Positions 26,563 to 39,342 are shown, numbered from the whole stretch's first letter. The stretch is DNA of 63,969 bases, filler included, from Ministeria vibrans ATCC 50519 (GCA_943704425.1; 6 parts of 6 records of this genome joined end to end with filler, not necessarily neighbours in it), one strand, 5' to 3'. The notes: a model not told the origin generated them from the sequence alone. A program made the numbers and translations.

Positions 26563-29500
26563 ATGAGTGAAGCTGGACCATCTGCACCCGTTGCAGAACC
26601 TGCTGCGGCCCCGGAGGCGCCTGCTGCCGCCGCCGCCCCCAAGAAAGCGAAACAGCCCAAAGCAAAGACCAACAAGAAAGTGAAGAACGCTGCCGACCCC
26701 AACGCTGCACCCCTCGAGGTACGTCTCTCGATTCCTCCGACGACCCCGCCGACACCCATTGCAGCCGAAACAGCGCTCTTTTTGACGCTACAACGTGATT
26801 TCTCATCTTTCACGGCTTTTTTTTTCTTTTTTTTTTTTCTGCTCTTCTGTCACTCTCTCTCTCACACACCCTCCGCCACAAGCATCTCATCCTGTGCGTC
26901 TCTTTGTTGTAGATGGATCCTCCACCAGCTTGGCTCAAAGAGCGCGAGGAATTTTACATTGAACTCAAGAAGAAAGCGGACGAGGAACTCGCCGGTAGGA
27001 ACACGCTCCTTGCTGCTCACCATGCCCCAGGACCCCGTCAGCACGCTCCTTGCTGCACCCCGTGCTCCAATATACGTCCCTTGCTGCACACCGTGCTCCA
27101 AGACGCCGTCAGCACGTTCCTTGCTGCATAATGTTGTTATTGCACCTGCACGACATGATCCTATTGCACCAACACATCATGTGCAACTTCCCTTCCTATT
27201 GCACCGGCAACGTCATATCTCTCTCATTTTTTTGGGGGGGGTTGTTCTTTTTTTTACATTGATACTTCCTTCTTCTCATCTGCGCAGCCAAAGAATCATC
27301 GGAGATCACCATCACCTTCCCTGACGGACGTGAGGTCAAGGCTCAATCGTGGCGCACCACTCCTCTTGACCTGGCTGCCAGCATTAGCAAGGGCCTTGCC
27401 GACACTACCATCATCTCCAAGGTATTGCATTAATAATGATAGAAACAAAACAGTACTCATGTGAGTGTCAGGTCAACGGAGATGTGTGGGACCTGGATCG
27501 TCCTTTTGAAGCGGACGCCACTGTGGAATTCCTCAAGTGGGACAACCCCGAGGCCAAGCGAGTATACTGGTGAGTGCACACGCACATGTAGCGAAGAGGA
27601 GACACTCATGCGTTCCTTTTTTTTTACTCTGTAGGCACTCGTCTGCGCATATTCTGGGCGAGGCACTTGAGCGACACTACGGATGTTCGCTGTGCTACGG
27701 TCCGCCCATCGAAGAGGGCTACTACTACGACATGTACGCCGAGGACACAACCGTGTCCCCTGCCACCTACCCCCTCATTGACAAGCTCTCTTCCAAGATT
27801 TGCTCTGCCAAACAGGTCAGTGTGTCTGTGTGTGATGTTCGTTCCTTTGCTCACGTTCTTGTGTGATTAGCCGTTTGAGCGACTTGTCGTGAAGAAGGCC
27901 GATCTGCTGAAGATGTTTGCGTACAACAAATTCAAACTGCGCATTATCAACGAGCGCATCAAGGATGACGCAACCACTGTCTACCGCTGTGGGCCGCTCA
28001 TCGACTTGTGCCGCGGTCCCCATGTGCGTCACACTGGAAAGATCAAGGTAAGAATCCTACTATTCACTTCCTTTGTTGTCGATCTGCCTTGGGTCTCTCT
28101 CTCTCTCTATCTCGTTTTTTTTCTCACTCACGCTCTATCACTTTGTTTTTCTCCCTCACAACACGCACACACACACACACACACTTTCTCTCTCTCGCTC
28201 TGTCTCACTATTACTTTTTTTTTCTTTCCTCTCTCCTCTCTTTTCCTTTTTTTGACAGGCCATGTCTGTGGTCAAATCGTCAGCGTCGTACTGGGAGGGC
28301 CGTCAAGAGGCCGAGTCGCTCCAGCGTGTTTACGGTATTTCGTTCCCTGACAACAAGGCACTCACTGCGTGGAAGAAGATCCAGGAAGAGGCGGCCAAGC
28401 GTGACCATCGCAAGATTGGAATTGAGCAAGAGTACGTCTTTCACGCACCCACTCTTTCACATCCACTCTCCAGCCGTTAATGTTGGGGGGGTTTTTTTGT
28501 GTCTTGTGTTTCAGGCTGTTCTTCTTCCATGAAATGTCGCCGGGCAGCTGCTTCTTTCTGCCGCATGGCGCACGCATCTACAACGCACTGGTGGACCTGA
28601 TCAAGAGTGAGTACCAGAAACGCGGGTTCACCGAGGTTATGACCCCCAACATGTACAATGCCAAGCTGTGGCAGAAGAGCGGTCACTGGCAGCACTACGC
28701 CGAGAACATGTTCCAGTTTGAGGTTGAGAAGGAGAAGTGGGCGCTCAAGCCCATGAACTGCCCCGGCCATTGCCTTATGTTCCAGCACCGCCCGCGCTCT
28801 TGGCGTGAGCTGCCCCTGCGCTACGCTGACTTTGGTGTGCTCCACCGTAACGAAGCCAGCGGTGCGCTTACAGGCCTCACCCGTGTGCGTCGCTTCCAGC
28901 AGGACGACGCCCACATTTTTGCGCGCATTGACCAGATCAGTCAGGAGATTGACAGCTGCCTCGACTTCCTGCAGCACATCTACGGTATTTTCGGCTTCAC
29001 TTTCCAGCTGGTGCTCTCCACCCGCCCCGAGAAGTACCTCGGTGCCATCGACATGTGGAATCTGGCCGAGAAGCAACTGGCTGATGCCCTCGACAAATTC
29101 ACCGTGTCAACTGGGCGCTCGTGGGCCCTCAACCCAGGCGACGGTGCCTTCTACGGGCCCAAGATCGACATCACTATCCGCGATGCCCTTAACCGTGCCC
29201 ACCAGTGCGCCACCATCCAGCTCGACTTCCAGCTCCCCGTTCAGTTTGAGCTCACCTACAACGTGGGCACTACCGGAACTTCAGACGCCCCCGCCAGTGT
29301 CACCGAGCCCGCCGTTTCGCAGGATGCACAAGAACAACAGGTCGACTCTGTGGCTCCCGTTGCAGAGGGCACTGATGCTGCTTCTGTTGCCAAGCCTGAT
29401 GTGCGCCCTGTCATGATTCACCGTGCTATTCTTGGCTCCGTCGAGCGCATGATCGCCATTCTCACCGAGTCCTTTGGCGGTACCCCCCCCCAAAAAAAAA

Positions 29501-29605
29501 AAAAATTAAGTATCAACCTCATCAACTCACTTCCGCTTTTGCTGTTTCTCTATCACTTTGTTTTCTCTCTCTCTCTCCCTTTCTATCACTTTTGTTTTTC
29601 TCTCC

Positions 29606-29685
<80 letters not shown>

Positions 29686-30180
29686 ATTTGCTTAGGCAAG
29701 TGGCCGTTCTGGCTGTCACCGCGACAGATCTGCGTGGTCCCTGTCGCACCCAAGAACGACGCATATGCGCTGGAGGTGCGCGATGCGTTCCACTCGTACG
29801 GGTTCCATGTTGAGGCGGATGTGTCGGCCAGCACCACTTTCAACAAGAAGATCTTCAACGCACAGGCAGCCCAGTTCAATTTCATTTTTGTCGTTGGTTT
29901 TAAGGAGATGGAGCGCCGCACCGTCAACGTTCGCACCCGCGACAACCTCGTCCACGGCGAGAAGACCTTTGACGAGATCCACCGTCAGCTCAAGGCCTTT
30001 GCCGTACGACTCAACTCTCAGCTCTTTTCTCGGGCACCTGGGCCCATACTCACACTGTCGTCTGTTCTGTAGGGTGCACGTCTTAATGGTGAGATGCAAG
30101 TGGAGGGTGCCGAGGCCAAGGTGGCGCCCGGAGGTGCAGCAGCCGTGGCTGCGGCTGCCTCAGCCGCAGCTGCCGAGTGA
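26563..30180 (+). CDS. TARS1: Cytosolic threonyl-tRNA synthetase
   Basis: TGS domain, [61 protein letters not shown]. Confidence 0.98.
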
Positions 30181-30430
30181 TTAATTCTCCCCCCCCCCCT
30201 AATCTCACTTCTTGTGTGTTTGTCTCAATCTGTGTGTGTGTGTGTGTGTGTCTGTATGTGTGCTTTGAGACAACGTTTGAAATGCACCTTTCTTTTCGCT
30301 TGGCTTGAAAAAAAAGACTGTGTCTATGAATTGTATGTGTTTATGTGTTTGTCTCTCGACTCCCTCACTCTCTCTCAAGTCTCTCTCCCTCTCTCTCTGC
30401 TGCACAATTTCCTCCTCCTCTCGTCTCCGC

Positions 30431-31615
30431 TCACATCCCACCGTCATGTTCGTATCCAGCGCCACCACTGCCATTGCCTTGATGTTGCATCTGTTGTTGT
30501 CCAGCCCATTGTTGCGGTGCGCCTTGCTGTCGCAGACGGTGAAGTTCGTTGATTAACAGGGAGTTGTGCGACTCCAGCTGTGTCAAGCGGCTCTCCAACA
30601 TCTGAATGTACTCCTTCTTCTTCTCGCGCGACTTTTTTGCCTACGCATCCAAGCAGCAGCGTGAGGGGCAGAGGGAAGTGTCACGCGCGCAATATTTGAA
30701 ACATTTTCGATTCACCACACCACACCGAAAAAAAGACATAGAAAGACACACGCATTGCATGGTCACAGGGACGCGGCTGTGGGAACATAGTTGGAACGCT
30801 TCGCAGGCGGACGGGAAAGAGGCAATGCGAAATGTGACAGCGAGTGAGCAAAAAAAAAAGAAAAAAAAACGGTCGATTTTGTCGAAGATACACACAACGC
30901 TTGACGAGCGACTTTGGAATGATGGTGAGCAGAGAAAGATCGGGAGGGGCAGGCATGGGCTGCGGCCGGCGTGGGACGGCTGAAGTGCACGAACAGAGTT
31001 GATGACCGTTGCTGACGTAACGGAAATGTCAAAAAAAATAAAGGAGAAAGGCAAATGGAGACTAGGGGGCGAGACGAGACACTGCCAGCGACGCACAGTG
31101 CCAAAACATGAACCAGTGTGTCGTGCAGACGGTTGAGGTGAACGTACCGCAAGTCTGTTTTCTTCGAGGCGGCGCGTTCGCTTTGCTTCGCCACTTTCGT
31201 CTCCTCGACTGACGCGCTTACGGCCCACTGTGCTGCCCGTTGACGCGGCAGCGAGAACTGCTGCGGATGCCGAGGCGTATGCAGCGGCATCGTCGGTGCG
31301 AGTGGGTGCGCGACCGCCGTAACGAGTGTTGTGGGTCTGAGGCGAAGCAGCTGCAGCCGATTGCGAGACGGGTGGTGGGCGCATGGCGGCCACAGGACTG
31401 TCGGCTGTCATCGTCATCAACATATGGGCGTTTTGCATGTCCTCCATCTGTGCCAGGCTGCTTCGGCGCCGTGTGGTGACGCCGGGCGACGTGTACGTTG
31501 TCGAGTCCCAGTTGTCATTGTCAAACTGATCGTCAAACGCACCGTCCCGCGACATTTTTCTCGACCCCCGTCGCCCCATGCGGCCCGGACTATATAAGGG
31601 TCCAACGTCGTCCAT
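30431..31615 (-). CDS. bZIP transcription factor, CREB/ATF1-like (2 exons; missed by the ORF track)
   Basis: Removing intron 30641-31147 gives KRTRRLEENRLA|AKKSREKKKEYIQMLESRLTQLESHNSLLINELHRL. Confidence 0.85.
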
Positions 31616-32057
31616 CGATTTCAAGTGAGTGTGTCGAGAATTAATTAAAAATGAATTATTAATAAGTTTATTTATATAGTTCTTCATTCATTCAAAATAC
31701 GACGAGTAATCAAAGCTCAGTGGAAGAGAACTAGAAAACAAATTCAAGAATCCACTCATAATATTACGTCTTATAACTCTTATTATTTCTAGAGTAGATT
31801 AGGTAGTATCATGATTCAAGGAACGACATCAGAAATGCGAATTTTAACTTTTGTAATGTGTTTACCCCCCGTCCAAAAAAACTTTTAGCTTTATCCTTAA
31901 CCTTATTAGTAATAATTATTAATATTATTTTTGATATCATAATAAGTATAGGTGATATCAATGATCATTATTCGTGGTGAAGCATATCTAAAAATGTTAA
32001 AGAAGATTGCACTATTGAATTGAACTTTGAGTATGTACAAGAGAGAGAGAAGAGAGG

Positions 32058-32491
32058 TCACAGGCCAAGGATAGTGGGGAGAATGACGCCGTCGTACTTG
32101 TGGAACTGAGCCTGGTCCGACTCGGACAGTTCAATGTCGGTGGAGGGCAGTTCAGTCCCAAGATCAACGACCGCCTACACGGAAAAGAGAGGGAGGTGAG
32201 TGAAGAACTGACAAGTGCTGCAATTGAATACCTTTTCAAAGTGATGAGTGTCAACGTCCGTTTTGAGTCGCGGTGTGTATGGAGGCTTGACTGTCTTAGC
32301 CCTGATGGCTACACAAGCGAGAACGTGAGTGGATGAGTGGCGCTGAATAACAATGATCGTGAGCCAGTTTTGCGTCTCTGTTGCGTACCCGTCCAGTCGA
32401 CGCCCTTAAAAAAGGCATGCTCCCGCACATCCGATCCGTCATGGCTCGAGCTCGTATTCCCCAGACGTGCTTCCACATTCACTTCCATCGT
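32058..32491 (-). CDS. AGC-family protein kinase C-terminal region (3 exons; catalytic core absent)
   Basis: EARLG...DVREHAFFKGVDW|AIRAKTVKPPYTPRLKTDVDTHHFEK|...LSESDQAQFHKYD. Confidence 0.75.
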
Positions 32492-32514
32492 CTACACACA
32501 ATACCGTCAATATC

Positions 32515-32600
<86 letters not shown>

Positions 32601-33244
32601 CCTTCTTCTGACTGAATGCGGGCACAGGNNNNNNAGATGCTTCCAGTGACACCTCGCAGTGGACACCTGTGAAGCCCGGAGCGCAGATGCACGAGTACTC
32701 GTGATCGGCCGTCGAGCCAAGACGCGACGCGCATGTTGCGCCGTTGGTGCACTTGGACGACGCACACACGTCCGCCGACAACTCACTCACACGCTTGCAC
32801 AACGACGAGATCTCTACCGAGTCGATGGTCCAGTCGACAACGGGATCATCAAAGGCAAGAACTACACAACGCAACGAGTGTCAATGACAGCAGAAAATGG
32901 CCATCGATATACAGTGAAGAGTCACCTTCATCGGGAGTGCTGGCAATCCACACCGCAATGATGCCCGGGGACTCGGTGGGAACATTGAGGGTGAACGCGA
33001 GGGCCGCGGTGGACGACGTAGCATCAACATGGAACACCACCGGATCAATGTCCGACACAAGTTGCACCGACAGAGTTCCCCCTGAGCCGCTCGTCGTGAA
33101 CGAGAAGTCGATGGCACGAGGAGTGCCATGACGCCACGAATGCCGCAGCGTCAGCTTGGAGCCGGCGCCACCAAGCGGCGTCTGGTCAAGGACAATGTCG
33201 GCAAAGAGCAAATCCGACTCGCCCATTGACGACTCCGCCATCAC
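32601..33244 (-). CDS. EGF-domain protein fragment (beta-rich segment plus EGF repeat)
   Basis: CASSKCTNGATC...YSCICAPGFTGVHCE; a short GT-AG intron at about 32862-32924 joins the two ORFs. Confidence 0.7.
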
Positions 33245-33954
33245 CTGCACAAATCATCGGAGTACACATGGTATTAGAAGAGACGTCACAGAGCATTCTG
33301 ACGGCAAAGACTGGAGGCGTGAAACACCTCCTAGTAGGTTGAAAATCAAAAATAATNNNNNNNNNNNNNNNNNNNNNNNNNNNNNNNNNNNNNNNNNNNN
33401 TTAATTAATTAANNNNNNNNNNNNNNNNNNNNNNNNNNNNNNNNNNNNNNNNNNNNATAGTTGCTTAGAAATTGCTAATCTGTGCGCCTCAATGCTACCG
33501 CACCATGTAAAAATACAGCATGCTTCAACCGCGCGGTGTGCTAACACACACGAAACCCCAGAAAATTGAAATGGGAAAGAAAAAAATGTTTCCCGTCGCC
33601 CACTCTTACCCAATACTCGCTGAAGTTATGAAGCAATGGTCGCAAAAGCAAAAGACAAATCAATCTGATCACTGATTTTTCTGATAAGTGATAAAAAAAC
33701 TGCTAATTGAAATTGAATAGGATGAAACTGTCATGTGTCTGTCACCAATCCCACAATACGTTGTCAAACCTGACATCTTGACACGCCTTCTCTGATCTGT
33801 CATATGTGATCTGTGATGAGTGCGATCTGTCAGTCACCGCTCTCACTCTCCCTCCCAATTTCACACCAATTTCATTCTCTGCGTTGTGACTTTTTTAGTT
33901 TGAGTCGATCATTGATCATTTGATCACTGATTTTCATTTTTCATTTTGACGACC

Positions 33955-34082
33955 ATGCTGAGACTAGCAGCCGCCTCTGCGTCCTCCCTGGTCCGCTCTC
34001 GTCTTCCCGCAATTGCCTCAGCCTCTGCAGGGAGACGTCACAAGCGCGGTAGAGCCACAATCGACAGAGAACAGGAAGAAGA

Positions 34083-34113
<31 letters not shown>

Positions 34114-35586
34114 GACACTTTTGCTCTCCTAACACTCGACCGCGCGACTTTCTGCCGATGCGCACCCCACGGGGACGGCGCAGTGGCACTACGAGTGGAC
34201 GCGGCCCAAGCCCAAGACGGGCACAGAGGCGCCGGCGCCCATTGACGCTCCGCTGTCAATGCTGTCGCAGCCCATCGCCACTGCGGCGCTGCTGACGGAG
34301 CAGGTGGCCCTCGCCCACCGCATTGGCCTCGATCCTGACCTCCCCCGCCATGCTGAGCTCTTAAATCAGGCCTCGCTGCTCTGCAGTCGCGACACAAGCG
34401 AAGTTTTGCCCACTGAATCGAACTCACGTTTGGCATTTGCAGGTCAGCGCAAGTCTCTCCCTCTCTCTCATCAATCGATCATTATTAATGTCTTATTTTT
34501 CATCACAGGCAAACGCGTCATTTCCATGTTCACAAGCGAACTGCTGTACGTCAACTACCCGTCCATGCCAGGCGATGCACTGGCCGACCTGTGCGACTAT
34601 CTCACCAACACAGAGGCTCTCGAAAAACTCGCAGACTCACTCGGAATTCCCTCTCTCCTGCGAACAGTCAACGAGAAAGACCTTGATCTTCTCAAGGATC
34701 TTTCCCCACACTCACCCTTTGCTCGAGTAAAAAAAAAAAAGATGAACCCTATTGACAAGTGTGACCCTAACTAATGACCTAATTTCTGCTTAGCGAGCAC
34801 TGCTTGCCAAAACCACCCGTGCCGTTGCCGGTGCCATCTACTACGCCAGTGGTCCCCACTCCGCCCAGAACTTCACTCGCTCCTTCATTATGCCCCGTTT
34901 GGCCGTCGTTGACCTTCAAGAGACTGTACGTACCTTTTGCACTTTTATTTGTGTGTGTGTGTCTTTGTTTTGTAATGTACTTGTTTTTAGATTAAATTGC
35001 AACACCCAATTGCAATGTTAAATCACATTACGACGATGAATGGTTTGGGATCGACCAAATATCAGTAAGAGAGAGAGACAGAAATAAGGGAAGAACAAAC
35101 CCAAACAAACTGATATCTATTTGTATTCTTAATCAGGTTGGTTCACGAGAGTGGACGTTTGACTCACTTTCCGACTTTTGTTGTGACTGTGTCTGCCGGA
35201 ACGAAAACATTGGCTAAAGGTACAATATATAAGTAATTATTATTAGTTTGATATTATAAAAAATAGTGACTCAATTTTGGTTGTGTGTGTGTGTGTGTGT
35301 CTTTGATAGGAACTGGACCGTCACTTCGCGCGGCCTCACTCCACGTAAGAACCCTAATGGCATCCCTTAACCCTAATGACATCCCCTAACCTCTATTGTC
35401 TAGGCTGCGCGCAAGGCCCTTGCCGAGCACTTTGCCGCTGATCTTGTTGACGCCCCTCTCCCGTCCGCCACCGAGTTCTTCCGCGCACAGGTCGAGGACG
35501 ATGCTGCTGACCTTCAGCGCGACATTGAGACGCGCCAGGAGATGGAATTGCCTCTCACTGAAATGCGGGAAAGTGAGAAGATCTGA
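33955..35586 (+). CDS. MRPL44: Mitochondrial ribosomal protein mL44 (degenerate RNase III plus dsRBD)
   Basis: Arg/Ser/Ala-rich presequence, NSRLAFAG, YPSMP, AVAGAIY, HPIAML, ESGRLTHFPTFVV, AARKAL. Confidence 0.8.
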
Positions 35587-35651
35587 ATAAAAAATAATTA
35601 AGTGGTCTTTCTTTATACTTATTACATTGACTCGTGTACGACGTCTTTTTT

Positions 35652-36672
35652 TCATTGCGGTTGTTTGTGTTTGGCGCGTTTTTCAATGTCCAAAATGACA
35701 TTTTCAGCTGAGACGAACCAATAGGAATCCGAAGCGAACATTATTCTCGACAACACAGACATTTCGGAGACTGGTGCGATCACATGGAGGTGAAGATGAC
35801 GCACAAGCGTAAAAGGAGGCCAGTGGAATCCCATTCTAAACGAAATAGTAGTGTTAGAGAGCGCAATACTAATAATAATTAATACAAATGATAATTGGTA
35901 CTTGAGTTCAGATTCGCGCACGTCAAATCCGCCGTTTTCCACTTTGAGGGCTTCTCTGCCTGCAGCACTCATTTCACGCACTGCATCCCATCAAAAAGTG
36001 AGCGAAATGATTGAATTTTGAAACAAAGAGCAAAGAGACAAAGTGAAGAGAGAGAGAGAGACAAAGAGATACAGACAAAGTTATACAGAGACAAAGTGGT
36101 ATAGAGACAAAGTGATAGACAAAGTGATACAGAGACAAAGTGATACAGACAAAGTTATACAGAGACAAAGTGGTATAGAGACAAAGTGATAGACAAAGTG
36201 ATACAGAGACAAAGTGATACAGAGACAAAGTGNNNNNNNNNNNNNNNNNNNNNNNNNNNNNNNNNNNNNNNNNNNNNNNNNNNNNNNNNNNNNNNGATAC
36301 AGAGACAAAGTGATACAGAGACAAAGTGATACAGAGACAAAGTGATACAGTCACAAAGTGAAAGACAAAGTGATACACTGATACTACACACACACACACA
36401 TTCCAATATTGTTGTAACAGACCTAATGTCTCGTCGTCCAGCTGAAGAGAAGTGGCATTTTCATAGTGCTCCTTTGGTACTACTAACAGGTGTATTCTTG
36501 CGGCTGGTCGGTGGTCGCGGAACACGGCAATGGTCTCTGTCTACAAACAATCCGTCACAGACAATCGGAAACAACATTTGAAAACTGAAACAAAACTGAC
36601 CTCATAAACAATTTCCGTCTTAGCATGCTCGCCCTCTCTGGCAACAATTGAGCAGAAGATGCATTTCTTCAT
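35652..36672 (-). CDS. HINT3: Histidine triad nucleotide-binding protein 3
   Basis: CIFCSI, FRDHRPAARIHLLVVPKEH, MGFHWPPFTLVRHLHLHVIAP, SYWF. Confidence 0.88.
36055..36375 (-). repeat. Intronic minisatellite (TATCACTTTGTC[TCTG])n
   Basis: 12-16 bp units reading GACAAAGTGATA(CAGA) on the + strand, inside a HINT3 intron. Confidence 0.85.
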
Positions 36673-36985
36673 GAGGAGAACGCGTGCCGACCCAGGGAAC
36701 ACAGAAAAAAAGTAGTGAACTCATTACTCAGTGAAAAGTGAAAAGGTTGATTGATCCATAGAAAAAACTTAACGCTATATAATCCAAATTACGCATTTCA
36801 CGATAGACTAGAGAAGAAAATGAGCGGCAGCACTCCGCACCAGTGAGAGAGTCTATCTCAATATTAATGAAACGAACACCAACACCAACACAACATGTAT
36901 CATATACACTCGACCAATTAACCAATTGGCAACATGTCAACCAATGAATCGTGAATATCCTATCTCAACAATCAAATATGTGGTG

Positions 36986-38235
36986 CTACATGACGGTACA
37001 GCCCGCAGCGCCCCCAGACGGGAGCGACGGGATCATCTGGACCTTGGGCTGACCCTCCGCGTCAAACTCAACGCCCATTTCGCGCAGGAGTCCGTTGGGC
37101 GGCTGGCCATACGACTGCATTTCTTGCAACAGTGTGATTTTGGCATCAATAGAGTCCATTGTGGCACTGCTTTGGGCTTCTTCTCGCTCGTAGAGCCCAC
37201 AAAGTGACTCAATACAGTGAATTTGCCGAGTGTATCGCCCGATTTCATCCGCCGTCAGTCCCGTTCGATTCGCTTCCAACCACGGACCAAACTACACCAA
37301 AACATTGAATTCTCGTACCAAATACCCACACATATGACCACAACTTACTCTGTCTCTTAGGTCTTTGATCGGATCGTAAATGAGCTCACGACTAAGCAGA
37401 CCCGAGACCATTGACTTCATCATATTGTTCAGCGCTCCTTCATCGTCCCCTCCTCCTCCCCCTCCTCCTCCAGCAGCTGCATCTCCTTCCGACGCTGTTT
37501 CTGTTGCTGCAGCTCCAGCCCCCATTTGTGCCAAGAGTGTGCGCAGTGCAGCCTCTTCGTTCTCGTCCAGCTCGTCGTCGTCGTCGTTGCCATTGCTGTC
37601 GTCGGCCGAGTTTACATTCTAACGACAGCTATCAGTCCCTCCCCTTCTTTGCTTTGATTCATGTCCGCCGTACCAGTGACGCAGCACATTCGTTGAGCTG
37701 CTCCAGCGTTCGTTTCAACTGCTCTTCAAGCTGGACAGGCGGTAAGTCGTCCTGGAGCGCACCAGACGCAGCCACTGCCGCCGGCTCTGTCGCTGCAGGA
37801 GGAGGTCCTCCTGACGACAAACTCTGCATCATCGCCTAGGCGTCGCATGGCGCGTGAGTGGCGCCCGACAGACCTCCGTTTTTTTTTTTTTCTTCACATA
37901 TTCCGATCAGATGTCTACCTCAAGATTGCGTTGAAACTCGTCGACAGCAAACTCCGCTTTGTCGTCCGCCTCAAGCCCCAGTGCGCCCTCTGCGGCGTCT
38001 ATTCTCAACGCAGCCGTGTTCGCCACCACCTCATCCCCTCCCCCGGGCACTGCTGCTGCTGCTGCTGCTGCTGCGGGAGCGACAACGCGATCAAAATCGT
38101 CAAGAGCGTCTAATCACAGAATAGTGAAGGATGGAGGCGGCAGGGATCAGCGGCACTGTCCACGCAAAATCTCATGATGATCAAATCAACCATACCTTCA
38201 AGGAGGTCGTCGAGTTCAGGATCAGGATCAGACAT
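36986..38235 (-). CDS. PEX19: Peroxisomal biogenesis factor 19
   Basis: ELDDLLEDALDDF, LLSRELIYDPIKDL, WLE, LQEMQSYGQPP, C-terminal CaaX CTVM. Confidence 0.93.
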
Positions 38236-38488
38236 GAAAAAAAAAATTGACTATAATTATTATGATCAGCACAGGATTGTGTTCGAAACATGATTCGAAC
38301 GTGATTGGATCTTTCGAAATTCAAATCATGATTTGATTCGATCCTTGATTGATGATTCGATACTATCGATAGGATCGAATGAAAAATCTGTGTGAATCTG
38401 ATCAAATCATAATTATCGTCCTGTTATATAATACTAATTCATAAATTTCATTTCTTCTTCAACTACTTCAATTGATCTTTCATGAACC

Positions 38489-39226
38489 ATGACCAGCTTT
38501 GAGGAAACTGTTCTCACCGTGCGATTCGCAGGGTGGACCGCAGCCTGGCTCGTCGTCTGGCTCGCCGTCATGAAATGCTCGACCACCGTCCACACAGTCG
38601 TCCTGTGCATCGTCCACGGATTCGTCGCCACTGCGACCGCCGCCGCCACCCTCTACCTCGGCAGCAACAGCAGCGCCGTCGACTCCGTGCCCACGATCAC
38701 CTGCTCGCTCGCCTACTTTCTCGTGGACGGCGCCTTTCTCTCCGTCTCGATGAAACACGCCCCGCCCCACGAACTCCTCCTCTCCGTCACGCACCACCTT
38801 GTCGGCATTGCCTTTGCCGTCTGCGTCTACCTCGCCCCCGGCGCCGACCGTGTCTTTGTGTGGCTCCAGACCAACGAGGCGTCCAGTCCCTTCTGGGGTC
38901 TCTACCGTCTCACCAGAGTGTACGGTCGGAGAAAGAGCGATGCGCCATCCACGCCAAGGACCCTGGCCCAGCGCCTCTTCTTCGACCATCCCACGATGGC
39001 CGGCATTCTATTTGCCCTCTCCTTCTTCGTTTCGCGCATCCTCATCAACACCGCTGTCGTCCTTCCGCTCTGTCTGCCCTTCATCCGCAACAACCCCCTC
39101 TGGGCCCTCTGCCTCATCTACTTTGCCCTCCAGTATATTTGGTTCTACAAGATTATCATGAAGGTCCTTCGACCCCAATCAGCCGAACCTAAATGGGTTT
39201 CGACGGACACGCGCAAGAACTTGTAA
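38489..39226 (+). CDS. TLC (TRAM/LAG1/CLN8) domain membrane protein, intronless
   Basis: AYFLVD, THHLV, NEASSPF, FALSFFVSRI, LQYIWFYKI; several hydrophobic segments. Confidence 0.8.
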   Translation: MTSFEETVLTVRFAGWTAAWLVVWLAVMKCSTTVHTVVLCIVHGFVATATAAATLYLGSNSSAVDSVPTITCSLAYFLVDGAFLSVSMKHAPPHELLLSVTHHLVGIAFAVCVYLAPGADRVFVWLQTNEASSPFWGLYRLTRVYGRRKSDAPSTPRTLAQRLFFDHPTMAGILFALSFFVSRILINTAVVLPLCLPFIRNNPLWALCLIYFALQYIWFYKIIMKVLRPQSAEPKWVSTDTRKNL

Positions 39227-39342
39227 CTCATTGTAATCTTTTTTTCCGTCTTCTTCACATCATTATTATACAATAATTCATTATAATAATTCTTAACATA
39301 CACATAGTAACATTACTAAGTCGTCAGTCACCCGTCACTTTC

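Noticed and set aside
32849-32925. Apparent frameshift between the two ORFs of the EGF protein
   Set aside because: Explained by an ordinary short GT-AG intron.
33812-33930. C/D-box-like GTGATGA...CTGA
   Set aside because: Lies in a TGAT-rich promoter where such words arise by chance; no recognisable guide sequence.
36055-36375. CRISPR-like periodic repeat
   Set aside because: No unique spacers or cas genes; it is an intronic minisatellite.
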